The position numbers were made by a program, and so were the translations under genes. Positions 1 through 9,202 of a DNA stretch of 50,545 nucleotides are shown in pieces. The notes beneath the pieces were generated by a model that saw only the letters and a list, made by a program, of their open reading frames with translations, did not search any database and was not told where the DNA came from. Position 1 is the first letter of the stretch. Each line of letters starts with the position of its first letter. The stretch lies in the IMG/VR virus record IMGVR_UViG_2617270947_000016. One strand, given 5' to 3'. The stretch comes from a virus (Duplodnaviria; Heunggongvirae; Uroviricota; Caudoviricetes).

Positions 1-221
1 ACCCGCAAACCACACTTCCCTTTAAAACGCGTAACATACATTGCCTGCGTTTAACTTTCTTTGAACTCTTGCAGAAAAATGAGAATTCGTGAGTACGATC
101 ACTCAAAATCGCCTGGCAAAAATAAAATCACCCTATAGATGCACAAAAAACGGGCAAAACTACCTGGTTCGCAAAACTGCGTCTAAAGTTAAACCGGGAC
201 CTCGCGAGCAAGGGTGAGACG

Positions 222-399
222 ATGGCGCTTTACACAATTGGTGAAGTGGCGTTGCTTTGTGATATTAACCCTGTCACGTTACGCGCGTGACGCAACATTT
301 TTAAAAATCGACGAAGATCGTCCAGGAGCGCCGTTTTTCAAGGGTTGGATAGATGATTCGTTTACCATGTCGACGAACTTCGACGAATTTCGCCGATAA
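222..399 (+). pseudogene. Interrupted MerR-family regulator, MlrA-like N-terminus (MALYTIGEVALLCDINPVTLRA then stop; downstream similarity continues in another frame)
   Basis: ATG at 222 encodes a canonical MerR-type HTH N-terminus that I recall as matching MlrA, terminated after 23 codons; ORF 214-399 in a different frame retains weak MlrA-like residues (KGWIDD). Confidence 0.4.
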
Positions 400-448
400 A
401 AAGTGTCCCATACATGCCCCATTGATGCCCCATAAACAATATCAGGAA

Positions 449-477
449 TTGACACTGGTTATCCATACAGATAAAAA
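449..477 (+). promoter_or_regulatory. Sigma70-like promoter for dinI-like gene (-35 TTGACA, 17 bp spacer, -10 TAAAAA)
   Basis: Perfect -35 hexamer at 449-454 with A/T-rich -10 at 472-477, upstream of LexA box and RBS. Confidence 0.45.
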
Positions 478-483
478 TAACAC

Positions 484-499
484 CTGTACATAACTACAG
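484..499 (+). promoter_or_regulatory. LexA (SOS) box CTGT-N8-ACAG
   Basis: CTGTACATAACTACAG matches CTGT-N8-ACAG spacing, 15 bp upstream of dinI-like start. Confidence 0.6.
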
Positions 500-514
500 T
501 TACAGGAGGGTGTT

Positions 515-763
515 ATGCGTGTTGAGATCTGTATCGCTAAAGAAAAAATCACTAAAATGCCAAACGGTGCTGTGGATGCGTTAAAGGAAGAATTAACCCG
601 ACGCATCAGTAAACGTTATGACGATGTAGAGGTGATCGTAAAAGCCACCAGCAACGATGGCCTTTCTGTTACGCGCACCGCCGATAAAGATTCAGCTAAA
701 ACTTTTGTTCAGGAAACTCTGAAAGATACCTGGGAGTCTGCTGACGAGTGGTTTGTTCACTAA
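515..763 (+). CDS. DinI-family DNA damage-inducible protein
   Basis: 82 aa; C-terminal [15 protein letters not shown] resembles E. coli DinI; RBS AGGAGGG; LexA box upstream. Confidence 0.85.
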   Translation: MRVEICIAKEKITKMPNGAVDALKEELTRRISKRYDDVEVIVKATSNDGLSVTRTADKDSAKTFVQETLKDTWESADEWFVH

Positions 764-830
764 TTAGCACGTAAAATCAGTAACGGCTGGAAATCATTCA
801 ATACTCGCACTATCGAAAGTTAACCAGCCA

Positions 831-869
831 GCCGCAGTATCCTATCATGACAAGTTACTGCGGCTTTTT
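831..869 (+). terminator. Rho-independent terminator after dinI-like gene
   Basis: 9 bp stem GCCGCAGTA/TACTGCGGC followed by TTTTT. Confidence 0.55.
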
Positions 870-880
870 ACTTTTTATAT

Positions 881-1168
881 TTAACAGATCAACATCCAGA
901 TCAGCAGACACGCCACCACCGGCACAGCAAAATCCATCAGGCTTGCCACATCCCACGCGCGCGGATCAAAACCGCCCCACCACGGCATGTTAATCCGCTT
1001 GCCATGCCCAAACATTTCAATCCAGCGATATTCTGCCTGGGTGTGTTCACGCGCAATGAAGAACGCACAACCGGCTATCGCCCCGTAAGCCCAGTTTCCG
1101 GTAAAAAGACCAACCAGTGTCTGCGCAGCCACAGCACAAAGTGCATGAAGGAAAGGTGTTATATCCAT
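881..1168 (-). CDS. Hypothetical small membrane protein (2-3 predicted TM segments)
   Basis: 95 aa hydrophobic ORF with strong RBS AAGGAGGA; last gene of tail-fibre operon. Confidence 0.5.
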   Translation of the reverse strand: MDITPFLHALCAVAAQTLVGLFTGNWAYGAIAGCAFFIAREHTQAEYRWIEMFGHGKRINMPWWGGFDPRAWDVASLMDFAVPVVACLLIWMLIC

Positions 1169-1178
1169 TACTCCTCCT

Positions 1179-1883
1179 TTATCCGATATCGCTTCGGGAA
1201 ACGGATAACAACTTTAATTCTGACTCAAGTTCATCAACTCTTTCAGTCAGCTTCTGGATATGGTGAATCAGTGGAACAACCAGACGTTCGTACATTACAC
1301 CTTCGGCAACAAGGCCATTGCTGGAAATAGCTTCCGGTGCATCATCTTCGTTAGCTGGTCGCCAGTGTACAAACTGAGGGGCAATTTCTCCTACTTCCTC
1401 GGCAATCAATCCGTAGAATCCCCAGTCACGCCTGTCATTTTCGCATTGCGACCTGTACCACACAGGGCGCATCCTGAAAATGAGATCGGCGTGCTCTGAA
1501 TCTATCGTCTCTACTGAATGTTTATAGCGGATAGACGATGTTGACCGCAGCACAGACGAAATTGCAGGGTCAGGATTAAGATAAAGATTTGCCGCCGCTG
1601 TAGTTGTGCCCAATCCCCATAAATAAAACGCTTCACGGCCAGTCAGCGGGTAAAAATCTCCGCCATAACGACCACTTTCCAGATCGTTCACTTCCACTTT
1701 GTTTTTCAGCTTATTATCCACTTCTGTTTTTGTGTATCTGGTACTGATATCCTGCTTTGCACTGTCCATATCAGTCTGAAGCGTTGATACTTTTACGTTA
1801 ATTGAGGAAATATCTTCCTTCGCTTTACTGACATCTCCCTTCAGCGTGGTGATGTCTCCCGGAATTACTGTCGATGTAGCCAT
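1179..1883 (-). CDS. Tail fibre-like protein with C-terminal intramolecular chaperone (peptidase S74-like) domain
   Basis: 234 aa; N-terminal coiled-coil; C-terminal S..R.K...FRMRPVWYR...GLIAEEVGEIAPQFV pattern typical of auto-cleaving fibre chaperone domains. Confidence 0.6.
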   Translation of the reverse strand: MATSTVIPGDITTLKGDVSKAKEDISSINVKVSTLQTDMDSAKQDISTRYTKTEVDNKLKNKVEVNDLESGRYGGDFYPLTGREAFYLWGLGTTTAAANLYLNPDPAISSVLRSTSSIRYKHSVETIDSEHADLIFRMRPVWYRSQCENDRRDWGFYGLIAEEVGEIAPQFVHWRPANEDDAPEAISSNGLVAEGVMYERLVVPLIHHIQKLTERVDELESELKLLSVSRSDIG

Positions 1884-1892
1884 TTTTCTGCC

Positions 1893-2174
1893 TCACATCC
1901 AGCCACGAAGTTGATGTTCAACTACAACCGCGTATTCATCGAATATTGACGATTTTTTTGCATCATTAATGATGCGCACGTTTACAAAATATCCGTCTTC
2001 CTTAACACATACCGGTTCGCCATCTTCAGTCAGTTCTCCGGTTTCTTTGTACACATTACCTATCACGTCAATAAGAATATCATCCTGCATCGACTCGTCA
2101 TCATAATAGCCAATGCTCTCCATAAAGGTCGAAAAGTCGGCCCTGTCTGCAAATTTGAGTGTTAAATCTTTCAT
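1893..2174 (-). CDS. Hypothetical acidic protein in tail-fibre-assembly position
   Basis: 93 aa ORF whose start overlaps the stf stop (ATGA); no lambda Tfa similarity recognised. Confidence 0.45.
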   Translation of the reverse strand: MKDLTLKFADRADFSTFMESIGYYDDESMQDDILIDVIGNVYKETGELTEDGEPVCVKEDGYFVNVRIINDAKKSSIFDEYAVVVEHQLRGWM

Positions 2175-4567
2175 TTAATACTCTCCCCCATTTGCGCATC
2201 AGTTAATTCTTTATTCCAGAGACGAAGATTTCTCAAATGGCCGAATAGATGACGAGTTCCCGATGTGGCTTGACCTCCAATTCGAATAAAGGTCCGTGTT
2301 TTTACGCCCGTCCACTCCGTTTTCATAGTTTTAGTAGCCTCACCGTTAGAAACTACTCGCTTAGTACCATCAGAATAAATATTAAAACCACCAATGAATT
2401 TTCGAACATCAGCTCGACCAGCAAACACACTAGAAACGTAAGTACTTGTCGACGCTTTATAAGTTTGCATATAAAGCTGACCGTAATATTTCTCAGTTGT
2501 GTTAAAAGCGTATGTAATTGACTCAATAGGTGGCACACCAGAAAAATCAAAAATACGCGGTGCTACATTAGGAGGAATATCGCCCCAATTTCTATTAACC
2601 TCGACAAGACACGTAAGCGGTCTATTATAGATATTATTTTCAGTTGGGATCGTCACCATATCACTGGAGCGGGTTGCGGGTGCAGTTGTCGTAATAACAA
2701 AAGATGAAGCACATCCGCCGTTTTCAAATTGTGGTGTTGCAAGGTAAATATAATCTCCCGCTTCAGTTATACCACCTTTTTTCGGCGCATACTGAATCAT
2801 TGCGCCAATTAAGGTTTCACCTTCAACAGCTTCTATAGTTGCCTCATAGAAAATCCCCCCTGTAACCGGATCTTTAGTTGCAGTAGCTGCTATTCTATTG
2901 GCTGCCCCGCCAGTTTTTTCTATTATCAGAGTTCCGAAAGTTAAATAAGCATCTCCTAAAAATGTATAAACCGACCCATCGTATTTTTCAAAACGCAAAC
3001 GACAACGAAGACCATCAGGAGCTTTAACCCTGCATGAAACAGTGCAATACTTATTATCGCCACTAACATCAATCCCCCGGGATGCACTGCATGTATGCAG
3101 ACTAAGTGCAGATGATTGTCCTGTCATATTATCTTTTGTTCGCATTTTGGCATATGAAAAACCAAATTCATCAACACCATTATTAGTTTTATCGATATTG
3201 CTGGTACTCGTCCATTCAGCGGGAGTATTGGATTTAACAAAATAGTTAGTGCGCTGTCCTTCAATCAATAAACCTTCTTTTTCAAATCGTGGCTCATCAA
3301 TTTTAGCAACACTAAATACGCCTGATTTATTGATATATGTGGCAGTTGATGCGCGTTTAAACTTAACAACCTTGTCGCCAGGCATCGTTATTTCATCATC
3401 ACCAATAACAATTTTTTTATATGACGGCGAAAAGCCCGTAATCATATCCAGTGAATCGTTAAACGGTATCCACACATCAGGCAGTGGCTGTAAGACATAT
3501 TTATACGGCTCTGCTGCCTGACTTGCATACTCTCTGGCTGCGTCTTCACTTGCTTTAGCTGCTGTCTGGCTTGCTGCCGATGCTTTCGCCGAGTTCGCCG
3601 CTGCAGTCTCGCTTGTCTTTGCATTGGTTTCACTGGTTTTTACTGCTTTTTGACTGTTGGCTGATGCAGTGGCAGAAGCAGCCGCCGCGCTTGCAGAACC
3701 AGCTGCAGCACTCTCGCTTTGGGCTGCTGCATCCTGACTGTTTTTCGCCGCAGTTTCGCTGGCTTTGGCATTCGTTTCGCTGGTCTTCGCTGCCGTCTGG
3801 CTGGACTTTGCGTTAGTTTCACTCGTCTTCGCAGCTTTCTGGCTGTTAGCCGCAGCAGTTGCTGATCCAGCTGCTGAAGTCGCAGAACCGGCTGCCGCGC
3901 TCTCGCTTTGGGCTGCTGCAACCTGGCTGTTTTTTGCCGCAGTTTCACTGGCTTTGGCATTCGTTTCGCTGGTTTTCGCTGCCGTCTGGCTGGACTTTGC
4001 GTTGGTTTCGCTCGTCTTTGCGGCTGTCTCGCTATTTTTCGCGTTGGTTTCTGATTTTTTGGCTGCTGTCGCGGAGTTTGCCGATGCAGTCTTTGAGGTC
4101 GCTGCCGCCTGTGCACTATTAGCTGCATTCGTTTCTGAGGTTTTCGCCGCGTTCTTCGATGATGCCGCTGCAGTTTCGGATTTCTTTGCCGCCGCTGCGC
4201 TCTGAGAGGCGGCTTCAGCGTTGCGTGCCGCTTCTTCCACCATTTCCTCAAAACGACGCAATGCCTCCGGCATGACATCATCTTCCGTCATGGCACCGAG
4301 AAAATCATTCAGCGTACCTGGTCTGGAGCCTTCATAGACGGTAATGGTCCCAACATGTGAAGGCGGAAAACCTTCAACCAGCAGGGTGACGCTGTACTGA
4401 CCATGCTCAACATCCATGCTGTAACGTCCGGCTTCATCCGGATTTTCAGAGGCCACCGTGTTCACCACCACCGTGCTGCTGGTTCGTCTGGCCTTCAGCA
4501 CAATGGTGCAGTTCTGTACTGGTTTTCCTGTGCCATCTTTAAGCACGCCAGAAATTTTTACTGTCAT
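2171..4567 (-). CDS. stf: Side tail fibre protein (lambda Stf-like N-terminus, Ala/Ser/Thr-rich repeat shaft, non-lambda C-terminal domain)
   Basis: 798 aa; N-terminus MTVKISGVLKDGTGKPVQNCTIVLKARR... closely matches lambda Stf; internal tandem repeats. Confidence 0.85.
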   Translation of the reverse strand: MTVKISGVLKDGTGKPVQNCTIVLKARRTSSTVVVNTVASENPDEAGRYSMDVEHGQYSVTLLVEGFPPSHVGTITVYEGSRPGTLNDFLGAMTEDDVMPEALRRFEEMVEEAARNAEAASQSAAAAKKSETAAASSKNAAKTSETNAANSAQAAATSKTASANSATAAKKSETNAKNSETAAKTSETNAKSSQTAAKTSETNAKASETAAKNSQVAAAQSESAAAGSATSAAGSATAAANSQKAAKTSETNAKSSQTAAKTSETNAKASETAAKNSQDAAAQSESAAAGSASAAAASATASANSQKAVKTSETNAKTSETAAANSAKASAASQTAAKASEDAAREYASQAAEPYKYVLQPLPDVWIPFNDSLDMITGFSPSYKKIVIGDDEITMPGDKVVKFKRASTATYINKSGVFSVAKIDEPRFEKEGLLIEGQRTNYFVKSNTPAEWTSTSNIDKTNNGVDEFGFSYAKMRTKDNMTGQSSALSLHTCSASRGIDVSGDNKYCTVSCRVKAPDGLRCRLRFEKYDGSVYTFLGDAYLTFGTLIIEKTGGAANRIAATATKDPVTGGIFYEATIEAVEGETLIGAMIQYAPKKGGITEAGDYIYLATPQFENGGCASSFVITTTAPATRSSDMVTIPTENNIYNRPLTCLVEVNRNWGDIPPNVAPRIFDFSGVPPIESITYAFNTTEKYYGQLYMQTYKASTSTYVSSVFAGRADVRKFIGGFNIYSDGTKRVVSNGEATKTMKTEWTGVKTRTFIRIGGQATSGTRHLFGHLRNLRLWNKELTDAQMGESIK
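3520..4010. repeat. Intragenic tandem repeat (about 189 bp unit, ~2.3 copies) inside stf
   Basis: Near-identical DNA units beginning ctctcgctttgggctgctgca at 3711 and 3899; protein repeat KTSETNAKSSQTAAKTSETNAKASETAAKNSQ. Confidence 0.8.
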
Positions 4568-4581
4568 ACTTTTCCACCAAT

Positions 4582-4613
4582 AAAAAAAGCCCGCAGCAGT
4601 GACGCCACGGGCT
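4582..4613 (-). terminator. Rho-independent terminator between lom and stf
   Basis: Stem AGCCCG/CGGGCT followed by T-run on minus strand. Confidence 0.5.
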
Positions 4614-4718
4614 TCAGGACAGTGTAACTTTACGTTTCCTCAAACGCAGTTCACCCCATAAGGTGGATGAACCTGCGTATCATAACAATATTTACAGAAG
4701 ATAAATCGGCGTCTGTTG

Positions 4719-5318
4719 TCAGAAACGGTATCCGATACCAACAATAAATGCATCCGTTCGCCAGTCGCCACTACCGGAACCTTCATAAGCAAGGTCAATG
4801 GTCACGGATTCGGTCGGGTTAAACTGCACGCCAGCCCCCCACGCCAGAGACGTGTTGCTGTGGCGACCGTCATCACTTCCGGTCAGCACATCGTGCGTTT
4901 TCCCCTTGTTGTCAGTTACGCGGAGATAATCCCCGGAGAAAGTCGACACACGGCTGTAAGCCATACCCGCCATCACATACGCGCTGAACCATTCATTCAC
5001 GCGTACAGACGGCCCCGCCATCACGCTGAACCAGCGGTTACGCACGGAATCTTCATGCCAGCGGGTATCGCTGTAGTGCGTTTTTTGCTCATCCTCAGCA
5101 TTGGCATAACTGAAGGACGTAATCAGCCCCAGCGCGTCCGTAAACTCATAACGGTATTTCACGTTAATCCCGTTCAGATTATCGCTGCCGGGAGCGTTCG
5201 TACGGGCATGAAGATACCCCGCGCTCAGTGTGGACTGATGTTCAGACGCCCATGCAGGCGCACCGGATACGGACAGACAGATGGCTGCGGACAAAATGGC
5301 TGCACAAACTTTACGCAT
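4719..5318 (-). CDS. lom: Lom outer membrane protein (Ail/Lom family)
   Basis: 199 aa; near-identical to lambda Lom throughout (MRKVCAAILSAAICLSVSGAPAWASEHQSTLSAGYLHA...). Confidence 0.92.
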   Translation of the reverse strand: MRKVCAAILSAAICLSVSGAPAWASEHQSTLSAGYLHARTNAPGSDNLNGINVKYRYEFTDALGLITSFSYANAEDEQKTHYSDTRWHEDSVRNRWFSVMAGPSVRVNEWFSAYVMAGMAYSRVSTFSGDYLRVTDNKGKTHDVLTGSDDGRHSNTSLAWGAGVQFNPTESVTIDLAYEGSGSGDWRTDAFIVGIGYRF

Positions 5319-5342
5319 AATTACCTCTCGCTTTTCTGCAAT

Positions 5343-5366
5343 AAAAAAGGCGCCATTTCTGGCGCC
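5343..5366 (-). terminator. Rho-independent terminator downstream of J
   Basis: GGCGCC-AGAAAT-GGCGCC hairpin followed by TTTTTT on minus strand. Confidence 0.55.
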
Positions 5367-5385
5367 CGTATATGGGTTATAAAAT

Positions 5386-8300
5386 TCAGCTGATACTGAT
5401 GCCTGCGGTGGCTTTCTTCATCACCACAACCAGCAAATCGCTGATACTTGCTGTGGGATACCAGTTATTCACCAGCCATGCTGATACCGAAAACTCCAGC
5501 GTCATGTGACCGTGACCGGCAGGCATATCAATAACGCCACTGTAAATCAGCGTATTATCCAGCGCGGTACGGTTATAAATTTCAGCACCGTTTTTCCGCA
5601 CTATCAGACGGCATGAGGAGTAAATATCAGTATGCTCTCTCTCATGCTTAGCGCCACTGAATGCCACCGCCGGAATAACAATTTGCCGGTCAAACGGCTG
5701 ATCGTCATAAACCCTGACGGTAATGGTCCCTGATGGCCACCGCTCCGGTGCACGGGAGTCACGGGGGAAAGCTTTGCCCACTGTTTTAACGAGATCGCCT
5801 TCAATCTGGTTGGCGGACAGTTTTCCCAGAACCCGACAGTTCTCGTTAATCGTGACGTTGTTGAGCGTCCCGGAGTTCGCATTCACGTTACCGCTGATAT
5901 CGGCATTTTTCGCCGTCAGCCGCCCGTCCGGTGTCAGGGAAAATGCCGGAGGATTACCGCCGCTGGTAATGGTGGGAGCCGTCAGGCGTTTCAGGAACAC
6001 GTCGTTCATGAATATCTGATCGCCCTGACCAACAAACATCGGCTTTGTGTTGCCATTCGCAGGATTAATCATCGCAATCCTGTCTGCCGCCAGCAGCACC
6101 TGACTCTGCATGCCGTCAGGGGTGTTTTCAATACCGGCACCAATACCCGCGATATAAAGGCGTCCGTCCTGCATCTGCTGCAGCTTCACAGCCCACATGC
6201 TGTTCAGGTTATTATTTGTATCAACCTGAACCTTCTGTATCTGCTGGATTGCCGCACTCTGGTCTTTCAGTTTCTTATTGACAGTCTGCGTGATTTCATT
6301 GCTGACATCCGTAATGGACGTCCTGATTTCAGCCAGGTCAGGCGCAAGCTGACCGTTATCAATCTGCGTCCACAGCTCCTGAGCCAGATGTGTTTTCCCT
6401 ATCTCTCCTTTGAAAAAATCCAGGTAACCTTCCGCATCATCGCTCGCCCGACCGACAGCCTCCACGAATGCCGATTTGCCAACAGTATTCACACTGCGGA
6501 TATAAAAATAATAATCATGGCCCGGTTTGATATTGATACTGGCAGCTATCCAGTACAGCGCCGAGCCAAGATAGCGGGCTGCGGTTTCAACCTGCCTGAT
6601 ATCCGCAATCCGCTTTTCCGAGAACCAGAACTCAAACTGTACCGTCGGGTCATAAACGGCAAGATGCGGCGTGGCGGTTATCTGAAAATAGCCCGGCGTC
6701 AGCTCAATAGTGACCGGTGCCGCAGGCGCGTTAATCCTGAAGGTGGTGGTCGCAGGTTCGCCCTGCTGGCCATAACTGTTAATCGCCCTGACCGTCAGGG
6801 TGTATTCCCCCAGCGGCAGGCCGCTGAAACGGTGCTCCGTGTCTGCGGTGATGGCGGTGGTCACCAGTCTGGCATCCGTTCCCTTACCACTGGTCAGGCG
6901 CAGACTGAAGCGCACACCCTTCACCACCCGCGGCGTGTCCCATTTCGCCTGCGCCAGATACTGGCCGTCAGCTGCGCTCACCTCCACCGTCAGGTGCTGC
7001 ACTGCCGGTGGGATGACGCTGTTCAGGGAGCCTGACTGCGGCTCAAAGCGGGCACCGTTATCCACGATGGCTTCTTTTTCCGGTACGTGCTGCACCGCCG
7101 TGATGGCAAAGGTGCCGTCCGTGTTTTCCCGGACGGAGACACAGCGGAACAGGCAACGGCGCAGTGACGGCAGGGAGAGTCCCCACACCCCGTATGTCTC
7201 CACACCATCAGGCAGGGTACTGACCTGTATCCGGTCCGGCGCGGGGTGTGCGGTGATGTCCACACTCACCGGCTTACCGCTGCCGTTAATCAGGTTCACC
7301 GCCGATGTACCTGTCTCCGGCAGGGTAACCTCACGGTCCAGCGTCAGGGTGCGGGTGGCAGCATCAATGGACAGGATACGTCCGCCGGTCATAGTCCCGG
7401 CATAGTCGTTATCACAGATTTCAATAATGTCACCCGGTGTGTGACGCAGCCCCTGTGACCCGAGCGTGAAGTCCACCGTCTGCGTTTCCAGCAGTTCGGT
7501 CTTTATCACCCACAGACCTGCACGGTGAGCCTGACCGCGGCTGGTACAGCCAAACGCATCCATCTTCAGCAGATTGCGTCCGTAGCGCAGTATGGCTTCC
7601 GGGTCTTCCACCAGTTCCGTGGAGGTCTGCCAGCCGTTCTGCGGGTCGGTGTAATTCACCTCCACCGCCGTGTGCCGGTCCTTCAGGGCACTGAAGCTGT
7701 AGCGGAATCCCACGCCGTTATCATCCACCACCACATCGCTGTTGGTGTACGGCCACACCACATCCGACGGGCGGTCCTGAACGAACGTCAGCGTCTGACC
7801 GTTCCATACCGGCATACAGCGCATCGCAGAGCAGAAATCACTGAGAACGTCCCACGCCTTACGCTGTTGTGCCAGGTACGCATTAAAGGTCATCCGCGGC
7901 TCGGTCCCCCCGAAACCATCCGGGACCGTCTGGTCGCAGTACTGCCCGATGGCATACAGCGCCCACTTGTCCACATCCGCCGCCCCCAGACGTTTTCCCA
8001 TGCCGTAGCGCGGGTGAGTCAGCATGTCCCACAGGCACCAGGCCGGGTTGTTGCTGTATGCCGGTTTCAGACTGCCGTCCCAGATACCACTGTACGTGCG
8101 TTTTTCCGGGTCATAGTTTGACGGCACCTGGATGATGCGACCGCGGATATGGTAGTTCACCGTCATCTGCTGGCCGCCGAACTGCTCCGCATCCACCTGC
8201 AGCCCCACAATGGCCGTGTTCGGGTAGCACTGTTTCACATCGATGATTTCGGTGTATGACGACCACAGCGTCTTATTCTGCAGTTGGTCCGTGGTGCTGT

Positions 8301-8859
8301 CCGCCGTCTCCCTGACCATCCGGATGTTAAAGGGCCGGGGAGGCAGATTATCCAGAATCACCGAGGCCAGGAACTGTGAGGTGGTCTTGCCGTTAATGGT
8401 GACGTCCTTTTCCGTCACCCAGTTACCGTTACGCTGTAACTGAATCAGCAGACGGACGGATGCCGGGTTACGGTCACCCTTTGAGGTGGTCTCCACCAGT
8501 GACTGCACCCCGAAGGTAACCCGCAGGCGGTCAATGTTCGCGGACGTAATGGTGCGCGTCACCGGTTTTGCCTTCGTCACTTCCACGCCCAGTCCGGTTT
8601 CAGCTCCGGAGGACTCAAAGCCTTCCGGTGGTGTCTGCTCCTGCTCCCCGGCACGCCAGACCGCGGTCACACCGTGTATCACGGGATTACCGTCCGTGTC
8701 CGTCAGCGGGGTTTTGTTCACCAGGATACTCTGCAGTCCCTTCACCGGGCCTTCTATCGGTCCCTCACCAATCGCATCAATCACGCTCATCATCTGCGTG
8801 GATTTGAGATTATCCTTCGCCTCACGAGGCGTGTGTGCCTTACCGCCACCTTTTCCCAT
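5386..8859 (-). CDS. J: Tail tip / host specificity protein J
   Basis: 1157 aa; N-terminus [22 protein letters not shown] and many internal blocks match lambda J. Confidence 0.95.
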   Translation of the reverse strand: MGKGGGKAHTPREAKDNLKSTQMMSVIDAIGEGPIEGPVKGLQSILVNKTPLTDTDGNPVIHGVTAVWRAGEQEQTPPEGFESSGAETGLGVEVTKAKPVTRTITSANIDRLRVTFGVQSLVETTSKGDRNPASVRLLIQLQRNGNWVTEKDVTINGKTTSQFLASVILDNLPPRPFNIRMVRETADSTTDQLQNKTLWSSYTEIIDVKQCYPNTAIVGLQVDAEQFGGQQMTVNYHIRGRIIQVPSNYDPEKRTYSGIWDGSLKPAYSNNPAWCLWDMLTHPRYGMGKRLGAADVDKWALYAIGQYCDQTVPDGFGGTEPRMTFNAYLAQQRKAWDVLSDFCSAMRCMPVWNGQTLTFVQDRPSDVVWPYTNSDVVVDDNGVGFRYSFSALKDRHTAVEVNYTDPQNGWQTSTELVEDPEAILRYGRNLLKMDAFGCTSRGQAHRAGLWVIKTELLETQTVDFTLGSQGLRHTPGDIIEICDNDYAGTMTGGRILSIDAATRTLTLDREVTLPETGTSAVNLINGSGKPVSVDITAHPAPDRIQVSTLPDGVETYGVWGLSLPSLRRCLFRCVSVRENTDGTFAITAVQHVPEKEAIVDNGARFEPQSGSLNSVIPPAVQHLTVEVSAADGQYLAQAKWDTPRVVKGVRFSLRLTSGKGTDARLVTTAITADTEHRFSGLPLGEYTLTVRAINSYGQQGEPATTTFRINAPAAPVTIELTPGYFQITATPHLAVYDPTVQFEFWFSEKRIADIRQVETAARYLGSALYWIAASINIKPGHDYYFYIRSVNTVGKSAFVEAVGRASDDAEGYLDFFKGEIGKTHLAQELWTQIDNGQLAPDLAEIRTSITDVSNEITQTVNKKLKDQSAAIQQIQKVQVDTNNNLNSMWAVKLQQMQDGRLYIAGIGAGIENTPDGMQSQVLLAADRIAMINPANGNTKPMFVGQGDQIFMNDVFLKRLTAPTITSGGNPPAFSLTPDGRLTAKNADISGNVNANSGTLNNVTINENCRVLGKLSANQIEGDLVKTVGKAFPRDSRAPERWPSGTITVRVYDDQPFDRQIVIPAVAFSGAKHEREHTDIYSSCRLIVRKNGAEIYNRTALDNTLIYSGVIDMPAGHGHMTLEFSVSAWLVNNWYPTASISDLLVVVMKKATAGISIS

Positions 8860-8965
8860 ACAGCCTTCCCCTGAATAAATTAACCGCCACTTGCCATTCC
8901 GTACAGAAGTCGGATATCCTTCGCCCGAAAAGCATGAAACACATTTCTGCCATGCTAAAGAGAAA

Positions 8966-8989
8966 CCCCGGTATCAGCAGATACCGGGG
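8966..8989. terminator. Strong hairpin (10 bp stem, 4 nt loop) with U-rich flanks on both strands; possible bidirectional terminator
   Basis: CCCCGGTATC-AGCA-GATACCGGGG; T-rich sequence downstream on both strands. Confidence 0.45.
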
Positions 8990-9064
8990 TTTTCTTTCAT
9001 GCCCACCGATAATCCTGTTGGTTAAAACCGGTAATGGCATAAAAATTCTGAATATCTTCACATT

Positions 9065-9092
9065 TTCACAAACTGACTGTGGCGCGTATAAT
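9065..9092 (+). promoter_or_regulatory. Near-consensus sigma70 promoter (TTCACA-16 bp-TATAAT) antisense to tail operon
   Basis: -35 at 9065-9070 and perfect -10 TATAAT at 9087-9092 in the expanded I-J spacer. Confidence 0.45.
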
Positions 9093-9098
9093 TTCTCT

Positions 9099-9196
9099 GC
9101 GTTAATTTTTTTGTCGTGATATAAGAATAATTCCTTACACTTAATCTTCGTAACTCTCCCGCAGTTCCTGTCCGCGATCACTGCGGGATTTTTTTA
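9099..9196 (+). ncRNA. Candidate ~98 nt small RNA (promoter to intrinsic terminator), unassigned
   Basis: Predicted start just downstream of TATAAT; ends at hairpin TCCCGCAG...CTGCGGGA (9157-9188) followed by TTTTTTT; no ORF with RBS. Confidence 0.35.
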
Positions 9197-9202
9197 TTCT
9201 TT

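Noticed and set aside
3520-4010. CRISPR array
   Set aside because: The only regular repeats in the window (stf and C) are in-frame coding tandem repeats without unique spacers; no cas genes.
3640-4281. 213 aa Arg/Gln/Pro-rich minus-strand ORF and several plus-strand ORFs inside stf
   Set aside because: Alternative-frame or antisense products of the stf tandem-repeat region; low-complexity composition.
4716-5393. 225 aa plus-strand ORF overlapping lom
   Set aside because: Antisense shadow of the well-supported lom gene; no independent support.
5604-8878. Multiple ORFs of 60-215 aa on either strand within J
   Set aside because: All overlap the 1157 aa J gene, whose frame is supported by end-to-end similarity to lambda J.
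8840-9181. 113 aa minus-strand ORF in the I-J spacer
   Set aside because: No Shine-Dalgarno sequence, start codon lies inside a terminator stem, it reads through the 10 bp hairpin and overlaps the J start; cannot be fully excluded without expression data.
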